In this document: piece after piece, positions 32,978 through 44,764 of the stretch
Layout of the letters: each line of letters starts with the position of its first letter
How positions within the stretch are numbered: the stretch's first letter is position 1
Origin: Hormiphora californensis
Lineage: Eukaryota; Animalia; Ctenophora
DNA length: 64,000 bases
Assembly (NCBI GenBank): GCA_020137815.1
Contig: CM035355.1
Span: 1,302,001 to 1,366,000 of the forward strand
Direction: 5' to 3'
Position numbers and translations under genes: made by a program
The notes under the pieces: model-generated
What the model was told of the DNA's origin: nothing
The model's database searches: none
Seen by the model: the letters and a program-made list of their open reading frames with translations, nothing else

Positions 32978-33245
32978 CTAGCACACACACACAATGTTTG
33001 AGACAGCGGCACCTAAAAGTGAAATTGTGCGCCTAATTGAGAGCGCTACCGCCAAGACCGTCACGACACCAGACTGGGGCGTTAATCTGGAGATCTGTGA
33101 TGCAATTAACAGAGAGCAGGATGGGTAAGTTGAACAATTTACGGGTAGGTACTAAACTTTTAAACGATTTAATTACGATGGTTTCTGCTCCCAATCTCTC
33201 TCTCACAATCACTCTCACTCACTCCCTATCACTCTCTATCTATCT

Positions 33246-33282
<37 letters not shown>

Positions 33283-33761
33283 TCTCTTTAACTTTCTCTT
33301 ACTTTCTGCCTAATGTCTCGCTACCATTAGCCCCAGCTAACACTATTTCTCTCACCTCCCTCCTCGTATAATACCTCTCGCTCTCCCGTCTCCGTTGTCC
33401 CCCTCTCTTCTCGTCGAGTCCATAGTACTCTCATGCGGTGTACTCTCTTCGAAACATCCGCCACTGAAAACGTACAGCGCAGTTTAAAGAGAAGAAGATA
33501 GTGAGAGCCTGAGAGATAGAGGGGAGAGAGAGAGAGAGGGGGAGAGAGAGAGCGATAGAGAGAGATAGAGCGAGGGAGAGAGAGAGAGAGAATCCGGTAT
33601 GATTCGAGATAAAGAAAGATGAGATTCATTATCTCATAAATTTATTGTTTGGATACGTAATACTTTTCCTGCTGGTTTTGTGATTTTGTTGAACAAATTA
33701 TAACATCCACACGTTCTGACGATCGTTGGTATCAATAATATTTCTCTCTCTCTCTCTCTCA

Positions 33762-33792
<31 letters not shown>

Positions 33793-33912
33793 AGTTCAGA
33801 ATATCACATTGCCGTTGCTGCTAGTTTATTTTTATCGCTCTGATCGTTACGTTTGTTTGCAACTGGCTCACCGTTACAGCATGATGACGTTGCAGTAACA
33901 TTGTTGCCTCAA

Positions 33913-34488
33913 GGTGTGCGGACTCTAGTGCTACACTCTAAGTCTAAAGAGGACTCTATATCTAAATTTAGATTTAGATAAAGAGTCCAAATAGTTCTAA
34001 ACTCTAGGAGGACTCTTTATCTAAAAAGTCTACACAGGGCGGACTCTTTATCTAAAAAGTCTAAACAAAGTGGACTTTATACACAAATCTAAATTAGATA
34101 TAGAGTCCGCTTTTCGCTGCGAACTCGAGATTTCGGCCGTCAGGCCGGAAACGAGAGTTTGCTCTACCCCTATACTAATTTAGAAGTGTTAGGGCCGTTA
34201 TTTGGGTTCGAGGTTAGGGTTAGGGTTAGTGTTAGGGGTAGGTTTTGGGTTGGGTTAGAATTTTAGACATAGAGTCCGGGTTGGAGGATTTGGCGCCAAA
34301 ATTTACTAGAGGACTCTATATCTAAAAATTCTACACAGCGCAGACTCTTTATCTAAAAAGTCTACACAGGGAGGACTCTTTATCTAAACTTTTTTCAAAA
34401 TCTAACTGTAGATAAAGAGTCCGTTTTTAGATATAGAGTCCGCCTTGGATTTAGATAAAGAGTCTGTTAGCACTAGAGTCCGCCCACC
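33913..34488. mobile_element. Non-autonomous TIR element with subterminal repeats and TTAGGG-like core
   Basis: GGTGTGCGGACTCTAGTGCTA / TAGCACTAGAGTCCGCCCACC; flanks GTTGCCTCAA vs GTTGCTCAA (TSD of about 9 bp); repeated GACTCT(A/T)TATCTAAA. Confidence 0.75.
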
Positions 34489-35472
34489 GTTGCTCAACGA
34501 CTCTGCCCCAAACAAAGTTACCCGTGCTTTGAATTTAGAATTTATAGGGGCAATGTAATTCCTTCACTAAATGGTACATATAGGTCCCCCTACCACCAAA
34601 CGAAAGTTTACCAACCAACTCCATGGGGGGAGGTCTGATAATTGGCTTTAATTGACATTGTTATGGGGGGTCGACGTCGGACTTTTAAGCTCTATTTTTA
34701 ACCGTTTAGCCGTTATTTGGCTTTGAAGGTGCTCAAGATTCGGTTTTTTGCTCATTTTGAGCACCTTTGAAGCCGAATAACGGCAAAACGATTAAAAATA
34801 GAGCTTAAAAGTCCGACGTCGACCACCCATAAATTGACTATTGCCTACCAGTGAAATGTCTCTAAACCATTCCTAAGTGGCTATAGCCATACAGCTAAAA
34901 AAACGGCTATGCACAAAACTAATTATCCAATTACAATCTAATTAACCAGATGAGATAGAGACTTAATTCCGACACCTACCCCCACTAATGCGAGGATGCT
35001 ACACACTTTAGTGCTCTTGATTTTGTCTCAACTCCTTTCCTAAGCACGGTGCCCCTGAAGGACGTTCCACCTCGACCGAGCCCCCCAAAAAAACGAACGG
35101 TTGTGTGACCTAAAGGGGACCTCTGGGAACTACGCAGGACCGTGGGGGAAAATATATCATAGTAGCCTAAGGAGAAAATCGCATTTTCCCTCACACTGGC
35201 CAAATTCTACATTCCACACTTTCAAATCTTATTTTTTCGGCCAAAATCAAGTCACCCTAGGGTTTTTTGACACGCCGAATCGATTGCCGCTGGAATTGGA
35301 ACTCTAAATCCACGGCAACATTGTTAAAATGGCGTTTTTTGGGGTTTTTTTGCGCTTTTTTGCCCTGAACTGCATTTATATGACGAGTGAGACTTCTGAC
35401 TATATTTTTAAAGTGTTCCTCGGTCGATTTTCTTCCCGATTCCAAATTTTTGTGAAAATCGGTTACCAAGTA

Positions 35473-37037
35473 CAAGGTGGGCCACGGATTGTTGGTAAGG
35501 GTTAGCGAGTTGTCCCGTCTTAACGGCGATAGTTGCGAGAATAAAAATCATGGGAGCACTCTGGATCAATTTCTTGGTAACTTTTTCCATAATTTTTTGT
35601 CAAAAATTTGAAAATTCATTTTTCATTCCTTCATTCATTTCTCGTTCATTTATGATGTGAGCATCCTAATTTTCCATCATGGTGCTATTTTTCTTTGGCT
35701 TGAATTTATCTTTCCAATGAACACCATACAAATGAAATTGAAGCACCAGGTCACGTTGCAGTTGAGAAAATGCTCATGCATGATTTTGGCTCTTCCTGCG
35801 AATTTCAATGAGCTGTATCACGGCTCCCTTTTGTTCAATCTTTTTCAAAATTTGGGTGAACATTGGATAAACAAAGATCTTTGCTCACAAGAAAAATCAA
35901 GGTCAAAACTCAAAGTTCATTTTTCATTTTTGGTAGTTCATTCCACTCATTCAGGAACTAACATCCCTAAAGTCATGAAAAGTTTTGGGTTTTGTTTGGC
36001 CTATGCTCTGCAATGCCAGAGAGGTGTAGTAGCGTGTTTCCGGGCTAGTTTTTGTGTGTCCATGTGATCATGATGATACCTGACACCTTATTTGGGCCAT
36101 AATTAAGCGATTTTCTCAAGTTGAAGCATGTGACTTGGGTTTTCTGTGATTGATATCGTGAAACAATGTTATGGGATCCCATAGCACCCCTAAAATGATG
36201 ATTAATTCAACAAAATGAGTTGATTTATGATCGAAATTGTTCGTTTAGTTGAGTTTGTCTTCGGTTTAAATCTTTTCAATAATAAATCAACTCATTTTGT
36301 TGAATTAATCATCATTTTAGGGGTGCTATGGGATCCCATAACATTGTTTCACGATATCAATCACAGAAAACCCAAGTCACATGCTTCAACTTGAGAAAAT
36401 CTCTTAATTATGGCCCAAATAAGGTGTCAGGTATCATCATGATCACATGGACACCCAAAAACTAGCCCGGAAACACGCTACTACACCTCTCTGGCATTGC
36501 AGAGCATAGGCCAAACAAAACCCAAAACTTTTCATGACTTTAGGGATGTTAGTTCCTGAATGAGTGGAATGAACTACCAAAAATGAAAAATGAACTTTGA
36601 GTTTTGACCTTGATTTTTCTTGTGAGCAAAGATCTTTGTTTATCCAATGTTCACCCAAATTTTGAAAAAGATTGAACAAAAGGGAGCCGTGATACAGCTC
36701 ATTGAAAGTCGCAGGAAGAGCCAAAATCATGCATGAGCATTTTCTCAACTGCAACGTGACCTGGTGCTTCAATTTCATTTTTATGGTGTTCATTGGAAAG
36801 ATAAATTCAAGCCAAAGAAAAATAGCACCATGATGGAAAATTAGGATGCTCACATCATAAATGAACGAGAAATGAATGAAGGAATGAAAAATGAATTTTC
36901 AAATTTTTGACAAAAAATTATGGAAAAAGTTACCAAGAAATTGATCCAGAGTGCTCCCATGATTTTTATTCTCGCAACTATCGCCGTTTTGACGGGACAA
37001 CTCGCTAACCCTTACCAACAATCCGTGGCCCACCTTG
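35473..37037. mobile_element. Foldback element, Tc1/mariner-type (TA TSD), inserted in the left TIR
   Basis: TA|CAAGGTGGGCCACGG...CCGTGGCCCACCTTG|TA; arms of about 755 bp; the right TIR (about 39580) shows the empty site with a single TA. Confidence 0.9.
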
Positions 37038-37310
37038 TAGATAAACTGTTAAAAATACAGCACTAATGAAAAATGACTGTTTCAGATGAGAACAATGTGA
37101 CGCTCATACCTTTCCAAGTAGATCTCTTCCCAGGCAAGAAACAGTGCTACTGGTCGATCAAAACATGACTTCTACATTCCCTAGAGGATAGGAGGGAGTG
37201 GAACATGGTGAGTACAAAATTAAAATTGATTGCCAAGTTACATTAATTGTTAGACAGGATTAAATGTACGCAACCGGGTATAATATAAAGAAAATAGTTT
37301 TATAAAATAA

Positions 37311-37694
37311 TCATAAATCATCACTGTCCTGTGATCCAGTACTTAAATATACAAATGGGTCCCGCCGAATAGTACTGTCCCGTGGCACAAGTGCAGGTTG
37401 TATGAAACAGGGACATCGTTGCTGGTGTTCCTGTTTCATGTCCCTAGTTAAAGGTAGTCTCACCAAACCCAGCGTTAAAATTGTCACAAATAGGCATATT
37501 GATCTCCAGACCCACCAAAGCTTCACATTCTGTGGCTCAGCTGGCCAAACAATACATTCACATTGGGGTTCTTTAATTTGTCCAGGTACCCATTCGTCAT
37601 CGGAGTTATATGATGAATCGTTATCCAAGCCAATTACATCATTACTTGCACTATCAACATCATTCATTCTCTGCATGACATACAGACACTCCAA
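37311..37694 (-). CDS. Unknown 127-aa ORF inside the transposon (acidic N-terminus, Cys motifs, one hydrophobic segment)
   Basis: ORF track; non-repetitive composition; fills nearly the whole gap between the left TIR and the transposase. No recognised homology. Confidence 0.35.
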   Translation of the reverse strand: MECLYVMQRMNDVDSASNDVIGLDNDSSYNSDDEWVPGQIKEPQCECIVWPAEPQNVKLWWVWRSICLFVTILTLGLVRLPLTRDMKQEHQQRCPCFIQPALVPRDSTIRRDPFVYLSTGSQDSDDL

Positions 37695-37706
37695 CAGAAT
37701 GCAAGG

Positions 37707-39282
37707 TTGACAGACAATCAGACATTACAGGTATGCACATTAAAGAGGGTGAAAGATGGGAGGGCATCTATAACCCCGAACGTGAGAGATCAGCTGAAGG
37801 AGGAGAGGGCCAGGTTCTCCCAGTATTTTACAGTGAAGGATATGACTTTTGACAGGAAGGTCAAGAAGATCGTTACTAACGTGTCGAGGCCGGTGTTCAT
37901 CTGCACCAATGTGAATGGGTTTGTTGCGGAAGTGGAGCGGACCAGGGGGCAACCATTGACAGGGAAACTTGGTGTAGACGTGGGCAAGGGGTCACTTAAA
38001 GTTACACTGTCTTTATTTGACGAATGGGCATCAGCTGGACCAGGTAGTAGTTCAAGGGTGACAAGGGAAGAGGGAATTTCAGAGAGGGACAGGAGTCTGA
38101 CTGGGGGTAGGAAAGTGCTGTTATTGGCTTGTGCACCAGACACACAGGAAAGCTACAAGAACATCAAGGCAATATTTGAGGAATTAGGGGAGTTGTCTTT
38201 TATGGTTTCGGGGGACCTGAAGGTGTTTTCAATTGTCACAGGGATAATGGGGGGCAATGTGAAAAATCCCTGCGTTTACTGCACAAAGAAAAAGGAGGGT
38301 GGAATTTTTGTTGGACCAAAGCAGCTGAGAACGAATAGGAGTATCAAAGACAGTCAGGAGCGGTGGAAGGAAGCTGGCGAGAAATGGGATAAGGCAAAAA
38401 ACTTTGGGTCGTGCATTAACATCCCATTAGTGGGAAACGCCAACCCCGACACACCTCTCCTTTACGGCATCGTCATTATCCCTCAACTACACCTGAAGTT
38501 GGGTGTTAATACCATTGTTCACTGCATCATGGATGATTGGCCGGAATTTTTGGAGTGGCTGGGGGTCAACAACATCACCACCGTGGCATATTTTGGCGGG
38601 TCCTTGGAGGGAAGGGAAGTTAACAAGCTACTCGAAAAATTACCCCAGCTATCAGTTGATATTCCATCCGAATTGGGGCTATATGTCGAATTTCTGACAT
38701 CCTACAAGAATGTTATCCACACTTGTTTTGGAATGACTCTTTATCCCGGTAAATACTAGAAAACTTTTTCACTGACAATTTCTAAACTTTGTCCTTATTC
38801 TAATGCACTCCTTACATTGCAAATTCATACAGCATAAATATGCCCCAAATGTTTCGGAATTGTACTACAGTCGGACCTCGATTTAGTGGCATCCTTGCGG
38901 GAAAGGGTTTTGACCACTAAATCGGGATGCCACTAAATTGGGGTGCCACTAAATCATGGTCCGAATGTAGCATCTACCACCCTCTCTCCAATCAGGATAC
39001 AGGTCGGCAATACAGGAGTTCAGGGATTGCCTCTCCACACTTAGGGCCTACTATGGAACATCCACCACCACCAAGTTCCACATCATTGAGGAACATTTGG
39101 AGGAGTTCATAGATTATAACTTGGGTAGGCCTCTAGGGATGTTCTCCGAGCAGGAGCTGGAGAACGCACATTCTAGTTGGAATGCACTGTGGTCCAACTA
39201 CAAAGTGAACAACATGACCTCGCCCCACTACAAACTGCAGCTGGGAAGAGCGGGGCTAGCTTATAACGCTTCTCATGTATAG
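37707..39282 (+). CDS. DDE transposase of the Chapaev/Transib/RAG1-core-related group, two exons
   Basis: Exon 37707-38748 joins exon 38996-39282 in frame (G|gtaaat...atcag|GA). Motifs: KLGVDVGKGSLKV (D), ESYKN, SGDLKV (D), PCVYC, PQLHLKLG, GGSLEG, TKFHIIEEH, LGMFSEQELENAH (E). True start uncertain. Confidence 0.85.
38868..38967. mobile_element. CAGTCGGAC MITE in the transposase intron
   Basis: TA|CAGTCGGACCTCGATTTAGTGG...CACTAAATCATGGTCCGAATG|TA. Confidence 0.8.
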
Positions 39283-40346
39283 ACTCACAGCATTACAAAC
39301 TATTTATGACTATACCATTTACACTTTTAATTTTTTATACCCGGTTGCGTACATTTAATCCTGTCTAACAATTAATGTAACTTGGCAATCAATTTTAATT
39401 TTGTACTCACCATGTTCCACTCCCTCCTATCCTCTAGGGAATGTAGAAGTCATGTTTTGATCGACCAGTAGCACTGTTTCTTGCCTGGGAAGAGATCTAC
39501 TTGGAAAGGTATGAGCGTCACATTGTTCTCATCTGAAACAGTCATTTTTCATTAGTGCTGTATTTTTAACAGTTTATCTACTTGGTAACCGATTTTCACA
39601 AAAATTTTGGAATCGGGAAGAAAATCGACCGAGGAACACTTTAAAAATATAGTCAGAAGTCTCACTCGTCATATAAATGCAGTTCAGGGCAAAAAAGCGC
39701 AAAAAAAACCCCAAAAAACGCCATTTTAACAATGTTGCCGTGGATTTAGAGTTCCAATTCCAGCGGCAATCGATTCGGCGTGTCAAAAAAAACCCTAGGG
39801 TGACTTGATTTTGGCCGAAAAAATAAGATTTGAAAGTGTGGAATGTAGAATTTGGCCAGTGTGAGGGAAAATGCGATTTTCTCCTTAGGCTACTATGATA
39901 TATTTTCCCCCACGGTCCTGCGTAGTTCCCAGAGGTCCCCTTTAGGTCACACAACCGTTCGTTTTTTTGGGGGGCTCGGTCGAGGTGGAACGTCCTTCAG
40001 GGTGATCATGTTTTTGAACTCATACTGAAAATACAGGTGTCAATTAAGGCCAATTATCGGACCTCCCCCATGAAGTTAGTTGGTAAACTTTCGTTTGGTG
40101 GTAGGGTGGAACTATTAGTACCATTTAGTAAAGGAATTACATTGCCCCTATAAATGCTTTGTTTTGTCAAATTTTATACACGATTTCGTCGGAGGAACTA
40201 TTTAGTTACTACCAAGGACCAAGGTATGGAAACCTATTTCAAATTTGGGATTGATTCAGGACAGCAGTACTGCAAGAATAAAATTAGATGAGGGTGAGAA
40301 TTATAGTGGTCAGTGGTGATTGACGCTTTCTTTATCTCTCTATCCC

Positions 40347-40406
<60 letters not shown>

Positions 40407-40429
40407 CTCTCTCTCTCTCTCTCTCTCTA

Positions 40430-42750
40430 GAGGCCAAAACATCCTGGACTTGTTCTTTGTGAACAAGGTATCTCTGGTGGGCAAAGTTCAGGTAGTAAGC
40501 ACGGAGATGTCGGACCATGAACTAGTGCAAGTGGGTCTTACTTTCCACCCAACCCGCCCACAACAGAGACATCGAGCTAAACTGGAAGGATTCAGAGCTC
40601 TAGACTGGCACAATGGGGACTACGAACTTCTGCGAGAAAGACTAGCTGAGTCCAACTGGGAAAAGCTACACAGCGAGAGTGATTTCCAGAGCTTTCCAGC
40701 GGCGTTCACCCATGAAGTTCTTTCTGCTTGCCAGGAGGTTTTCCCGGAAGTTAAAGCTCCTAAAGGGAAACCGAACTGCTACAAAAAGCTACGGAGAACG
40801 AAGACCAAACTCCGAGCACGTATAGAGGCCCTGAGAAGTAAGGACCAAGTAGCAAAAGCAGAAGAAGTAGAGGAGCATCTCTCTCAGGTCTGCCTAGAGA
40901 TCAAAGACCTGGTACTAGCTAGGAAAGATGACCGCGAGCGACGGGCAGTACTGAAGATGAAGTCGGACCCGCGGTACTTCTACTCTTTTGCAAAATCTTT
41001 TGCAAAGGGAAAGTCGACCATTCCTCTAATCACTAAGGAGGATGGTTCGATGGCAACTGATCCCAAAGAGATCGCAGACGCTTTTCAAAGTGAATTCTGT
41101 AGGGTTTTCAGTGACCCGAACAACCCTGAGACCGAGGAGCCAACCTTCGATAAGCCTGAACTTTCATGGTTGGACGAGGGTATTGAACTCCACGATGATG
41201 ATATCATTAAAGTGTGTAAGGACCTGGAAGTATCTTCCTCACCCGGACCGGATGGAATCCCCTCCCGGATCCTTAAAGAGTGTGCAGAGGTACTGGTGAA
41301 ACCTCTGGGACTCATGTGGCGTGACTCACTTCGACTAAAGAAAGTCCCGGAATACTACAAAATGGGTCACATTGTACCCCTCTACAAAAAGGGGGACAAG
41401 TCGAGCACAAAAAATTACAGACCTGTCACTCTGACGAGCCATGTAATAAAACTGTTTGAGCGGATCGTCAGGGCCCATATGGTTGAACATTTTGAAAAAA
41501 ATGGCCTTTTTTCAAAAAAACAACACGGCTTCCGCAAAGGACGATCGTGTTTGACCCAGCTTCTTGGCCACATAGACTGGGTTATGAAAGCCTTATGCGG
41601 TGAAAAAGATGTAGACACTGTGTACCTCGACTATAGTCGAGCTTTTGACCGTGTGGACATTGGTTTACTGCTTGTTAAACTGAGGCGGTATGGAGTCCAC
41701 TCTCAGATTGTTGAATGGATGGAATCCTTCCTGACCGATAGGAAACAGAAAGTGGTGCTTGACGGCTCACAATCTGAGATCGCTACGATAATAAGCGGTG
41801 TACCCCAGGGAAGTGTGTTAGCACCGCTCCTCTTCTTAATCTTTATCAATGATCTTGAGGGAGTAGTGAAAGATGCTTTACTCAGCTTCTTCGCTGACGA
41901 CTCGAGAGCGGCGATGGAGATATCTGCTGAGACTGACATGGTAAAGCTGCAGCAGGATCTGGATCGAGTGATGTTATGGTCAAGGACGAACAATATGGTC
42001 CTAAACGAAGACAAATATGTCCTTCTGACCCACAGACCACAACCCCAAACTCCCAGATGAATCTCTTTCCTATGGCGGGCATTGAGTACACCCACCAGTG
42101 GCGGTGCACAAATCTCACCTTCGGATCATGTAAGGGATCTGGGAATAAAAGTTTCCAGTGACTTATCCGGGAACCCCACACTCGTCAATCGGGCCAAGCG
42201 AAAAAGATGATGGACAGTGGGTGTTCGGGGTGTTCTCCAGTCGGGCCCTACTGATATCCTGTTTAAAAAAACCCTGTCAAAGTTTTGGGGGAAAATACGC
42301 TCACCTTTGGGGGGCCCGCAAACTGTCGGGACACCCAAAAACGTTCGAGTCGTTCAGGGGGGCCAAAGGAAGACCCCCGGTAAAAGGGATCTTGAAAATG
42401 GCAGCCCGGAAGCCCTCGACTTGATGCCCTTTGAAAAGACGAGGGGATGGGTATGCAGGCAATCTGCACAAACTTCCCTGGGCTGATACCGAATGAAACC
42501 GAATTCTTCAACCGAAAACCTCCCGCCACGGTGTCAAGCAGAGATACCTACCTGTCAAGGGTGAAGAGCAAAGAAAACCCGCCCAAAATGTACTCTTCCT
42601 TGGTTCCCTTGGTCCAAGTGGGAAGTCTCCCCGGGGGGGATCGGGGACCCCCGATTTTTTTTAAAAAACCCACCTCCTTCCCCTTTCCCCGAAAAGTCCC
42701 CCCACACCGGTATAAGCACCAAAAGAAAAACTTTTGCTGGTGTGTTTGAC
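40430..42750 (+). mobile_element. 5'-truncated LINE (CR1-like) ORF2: end of endonuclease plus reverse transcriptase
   Basis: ORF 40450-42060: (NILD)LFFVN..SDH, PGPDG, YRPVTLTS, QHGFRKGRSC, YLDYSRAFD, GVPQGSVL, FADD; frameshifted continuation VRDLGI..SSDLS; the 3' end dissolves into garbled sequence. Confidence 0.9.
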
Positions 42751-44487
42751 CATTTAAAAAAAGGGGGGGTTTTCCCCCGGGGACCCTTTTAAACAAAAAA
42801 AAAAAAAAAATTTTTTCTCTCCCTCTCTCTCTTTTTTTCCCCCCCCCCCCCCCCCGTTCCCCCCCCCCCCCCCCCCCAAACCCCCCCACGCCTTCCCCTC
42901 TCCCCTTCCTTCCCCCCCCCCCCTTTTTCCCCTTTTTCTTTCTCCCCCTTTTTTTCCCTTTTTTTCCCCCGGAACTCGGTTTTTCCCCGCCCCCTTTTTT
43001 TGGGTTTTTCCCCCCCCGGGGGTTTTAAACCCTTTTTTTGGTTCTTCCCCTTTCCCCCTTTTTTTTTTTCCCTTTTTTTTTTCCCCCCCCCCCTTTTTCC
43101 CCCCCCCCCCCCTTTTTTTTTTTCCCCCTTTTTTTTCCCCTTTTTGGGGTTTTCTCTTCCCCTTTTTTCCCTTTTTTCTTTTTTTTCAACTTTTTTTTCC
43201 CATTTCTTTTTGTTATTTTTTTTAAAAAAAATTTTTTTTTTTTTTTTTTTTTTTCCCCCCCCCCAAAAACCCCCCCCCCCACCCCCCGTTTTTTTTTTTT
43301 TTTTTTTTTTTTTTTTCCCCCCAACCCCCCCCCCCCCCCCCCCACCCCCCCCAAAAAAAAAAAACCCCCCCCCCCCCCCCCCGGGTTTTTCCCCCCCCCC
43401 AAAAAAACCCCCCCCCCCCCCCCAAACTTTTTTTTTCCCCCCCCCCCCCAAAAAAAACCCCCCCCCCCCCCCCCCCCGGGACCCCCCCCCAAAATTTTCC
43501 CCCCCCCAAAAAAATTTTTTTTTTCCCCCCCCCCCCCCCCCCCCCCTTTTTTCCCCCCCCCCAACCCTTTTTTCCCCCCCCCCCCCCCCCAAAAAACCCC
43601 CCCCGGGTTTTTTAAAGGGCCCCCTTTCAAACTTCAAGTCAGAAAATCTTATCAAGCATACCCGATTATATATTTTATGCTGAAACCTGAATTACTTTGT
43701 TACTTTTTTAACTTGAGTAACAACAATTTTGTCATCCTCTAGAGGCAGCAATCACAAACAAACAAACAACCAACAATAACGTTATTTCAATATGACACAA
43801 TATCTATTTATACCCAAAAGATTTGTGAGAATAGAAATGCTGCGTACAAAAGGCTTGTGAAGCACAGTTTTATTCTTTTGTTATCCAAATTGCAAAATTC
43901 GCGTTCAGCTCAGTACACTATTTGACGATATTTTGAGAGCTTACAATTAATTCTTTGTAGTCTTTCTTTGGTATAGAAAACATTATTGGCGGTATGTATT
44001 ATTAACTAATATGCATAGTTTGATATGTTAATCATAATAAGATTTGAGTTTATTCACCTCTATTGATTTACCTAATTTATCCAATTTTGGCTATACTTCT
44101 TTGTAGTTACATTTCTTTGAACTACCTCTCTAGCTCCTGAATTGGTAACTGTGAGCTGTATTATGGCACGCCGCTCTAAAAGGGCTTTCTCAGCTCCTTC
44201 AGAGTCGGCCATCCGGAATCATCTGGCAAATCTGTCCAGCACCTTCAGAAGGTAACTTATGTAGTGTTGATCCTTTTCAATGAACAGATATCTATCTCAC
44301 TACTTTTATAGTAAGCACTCATTAATTCATAATATGATTCATCGTCAGGCAGCTGTTAACAGGACCTTAAATGATTGATCGTTTATAGCTGTAACAATAA
44401 AATTAAATAGTTTTCATTCCAAGGACATTCTTTTTGAATATAGCTCCCAGTATTGTAGCTGTCCCTACTGCAGCGCTACCATGTAGG

Positions 44488-44764
44488 ATTTTATTATGCT
44501 TACAAGTTGTACCTTAAAACTTACAACACGAGACCGAAGGTCGAGTGTTATAAGTGCAACAATAATGATCCGAGACCACATGTCGAGACAGATTATTGTA
44601 CTTTAGTGCACGAGCCTGCGATATGTTTGTGTAACAGGTAACTACTTCACGAGCCTGTGAGATATGTAGTTTTACTTTTTAACCGAGCCTGCGAGGTCTA
44701 AAAGTATAAGAATCTGGGACATTATTGTTGACGTCAGGTACAACGGAAATTGGCGTAATAAAAT
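44488..44764. other. Multi-hairpin element with repeated CGAG(A/C)C loop motifs
   Basis: Outer inverted repeats ATTTTATTATGC/GCGTAATAAAAT and GTTGTACCT/AGGTACAAC enclose 4-5 stem-loops. Confidence 0.6.

Larger units (their letters stand above)
35045..40004. mobile_element. Chapaev-like DNA transposon with TIRs of about 670 bp
   Basis: Left arm 35045-35472 + 37040-37283 is the inverse of 39335-40004; the left end begins CACGGTG; the right end is slightly damaged (CTTCAGGGTG); it encloses the transposase. Confidence 0.8.
34541..40154. mobile_element. Outer TIR element hosting nested insertions
   Basis: Imperfect TIRs of about 115 bp at 34541-34657 and 40038-40154 (TTTATAGGGGCAATGTAATTCC...); internal palindrome 34661-34832; 34860-35047 is homologous to the subrepeat of 31648-32977. 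Confidence 0.75.

Noticed and set aside
35657-36853. Twin 136-aa ORFs (and twin 65-66 aa ORFs at 16285-17530)
   Set aside because: Mirror images produced by foldback arms; no recognisable protein features.
42150-43630. Poly-Pro/Gly/Phe ORFs of 200-290 aa
   Set aside because: Same artefact; the LINE sequence degrades progressively into homopolymer runs.
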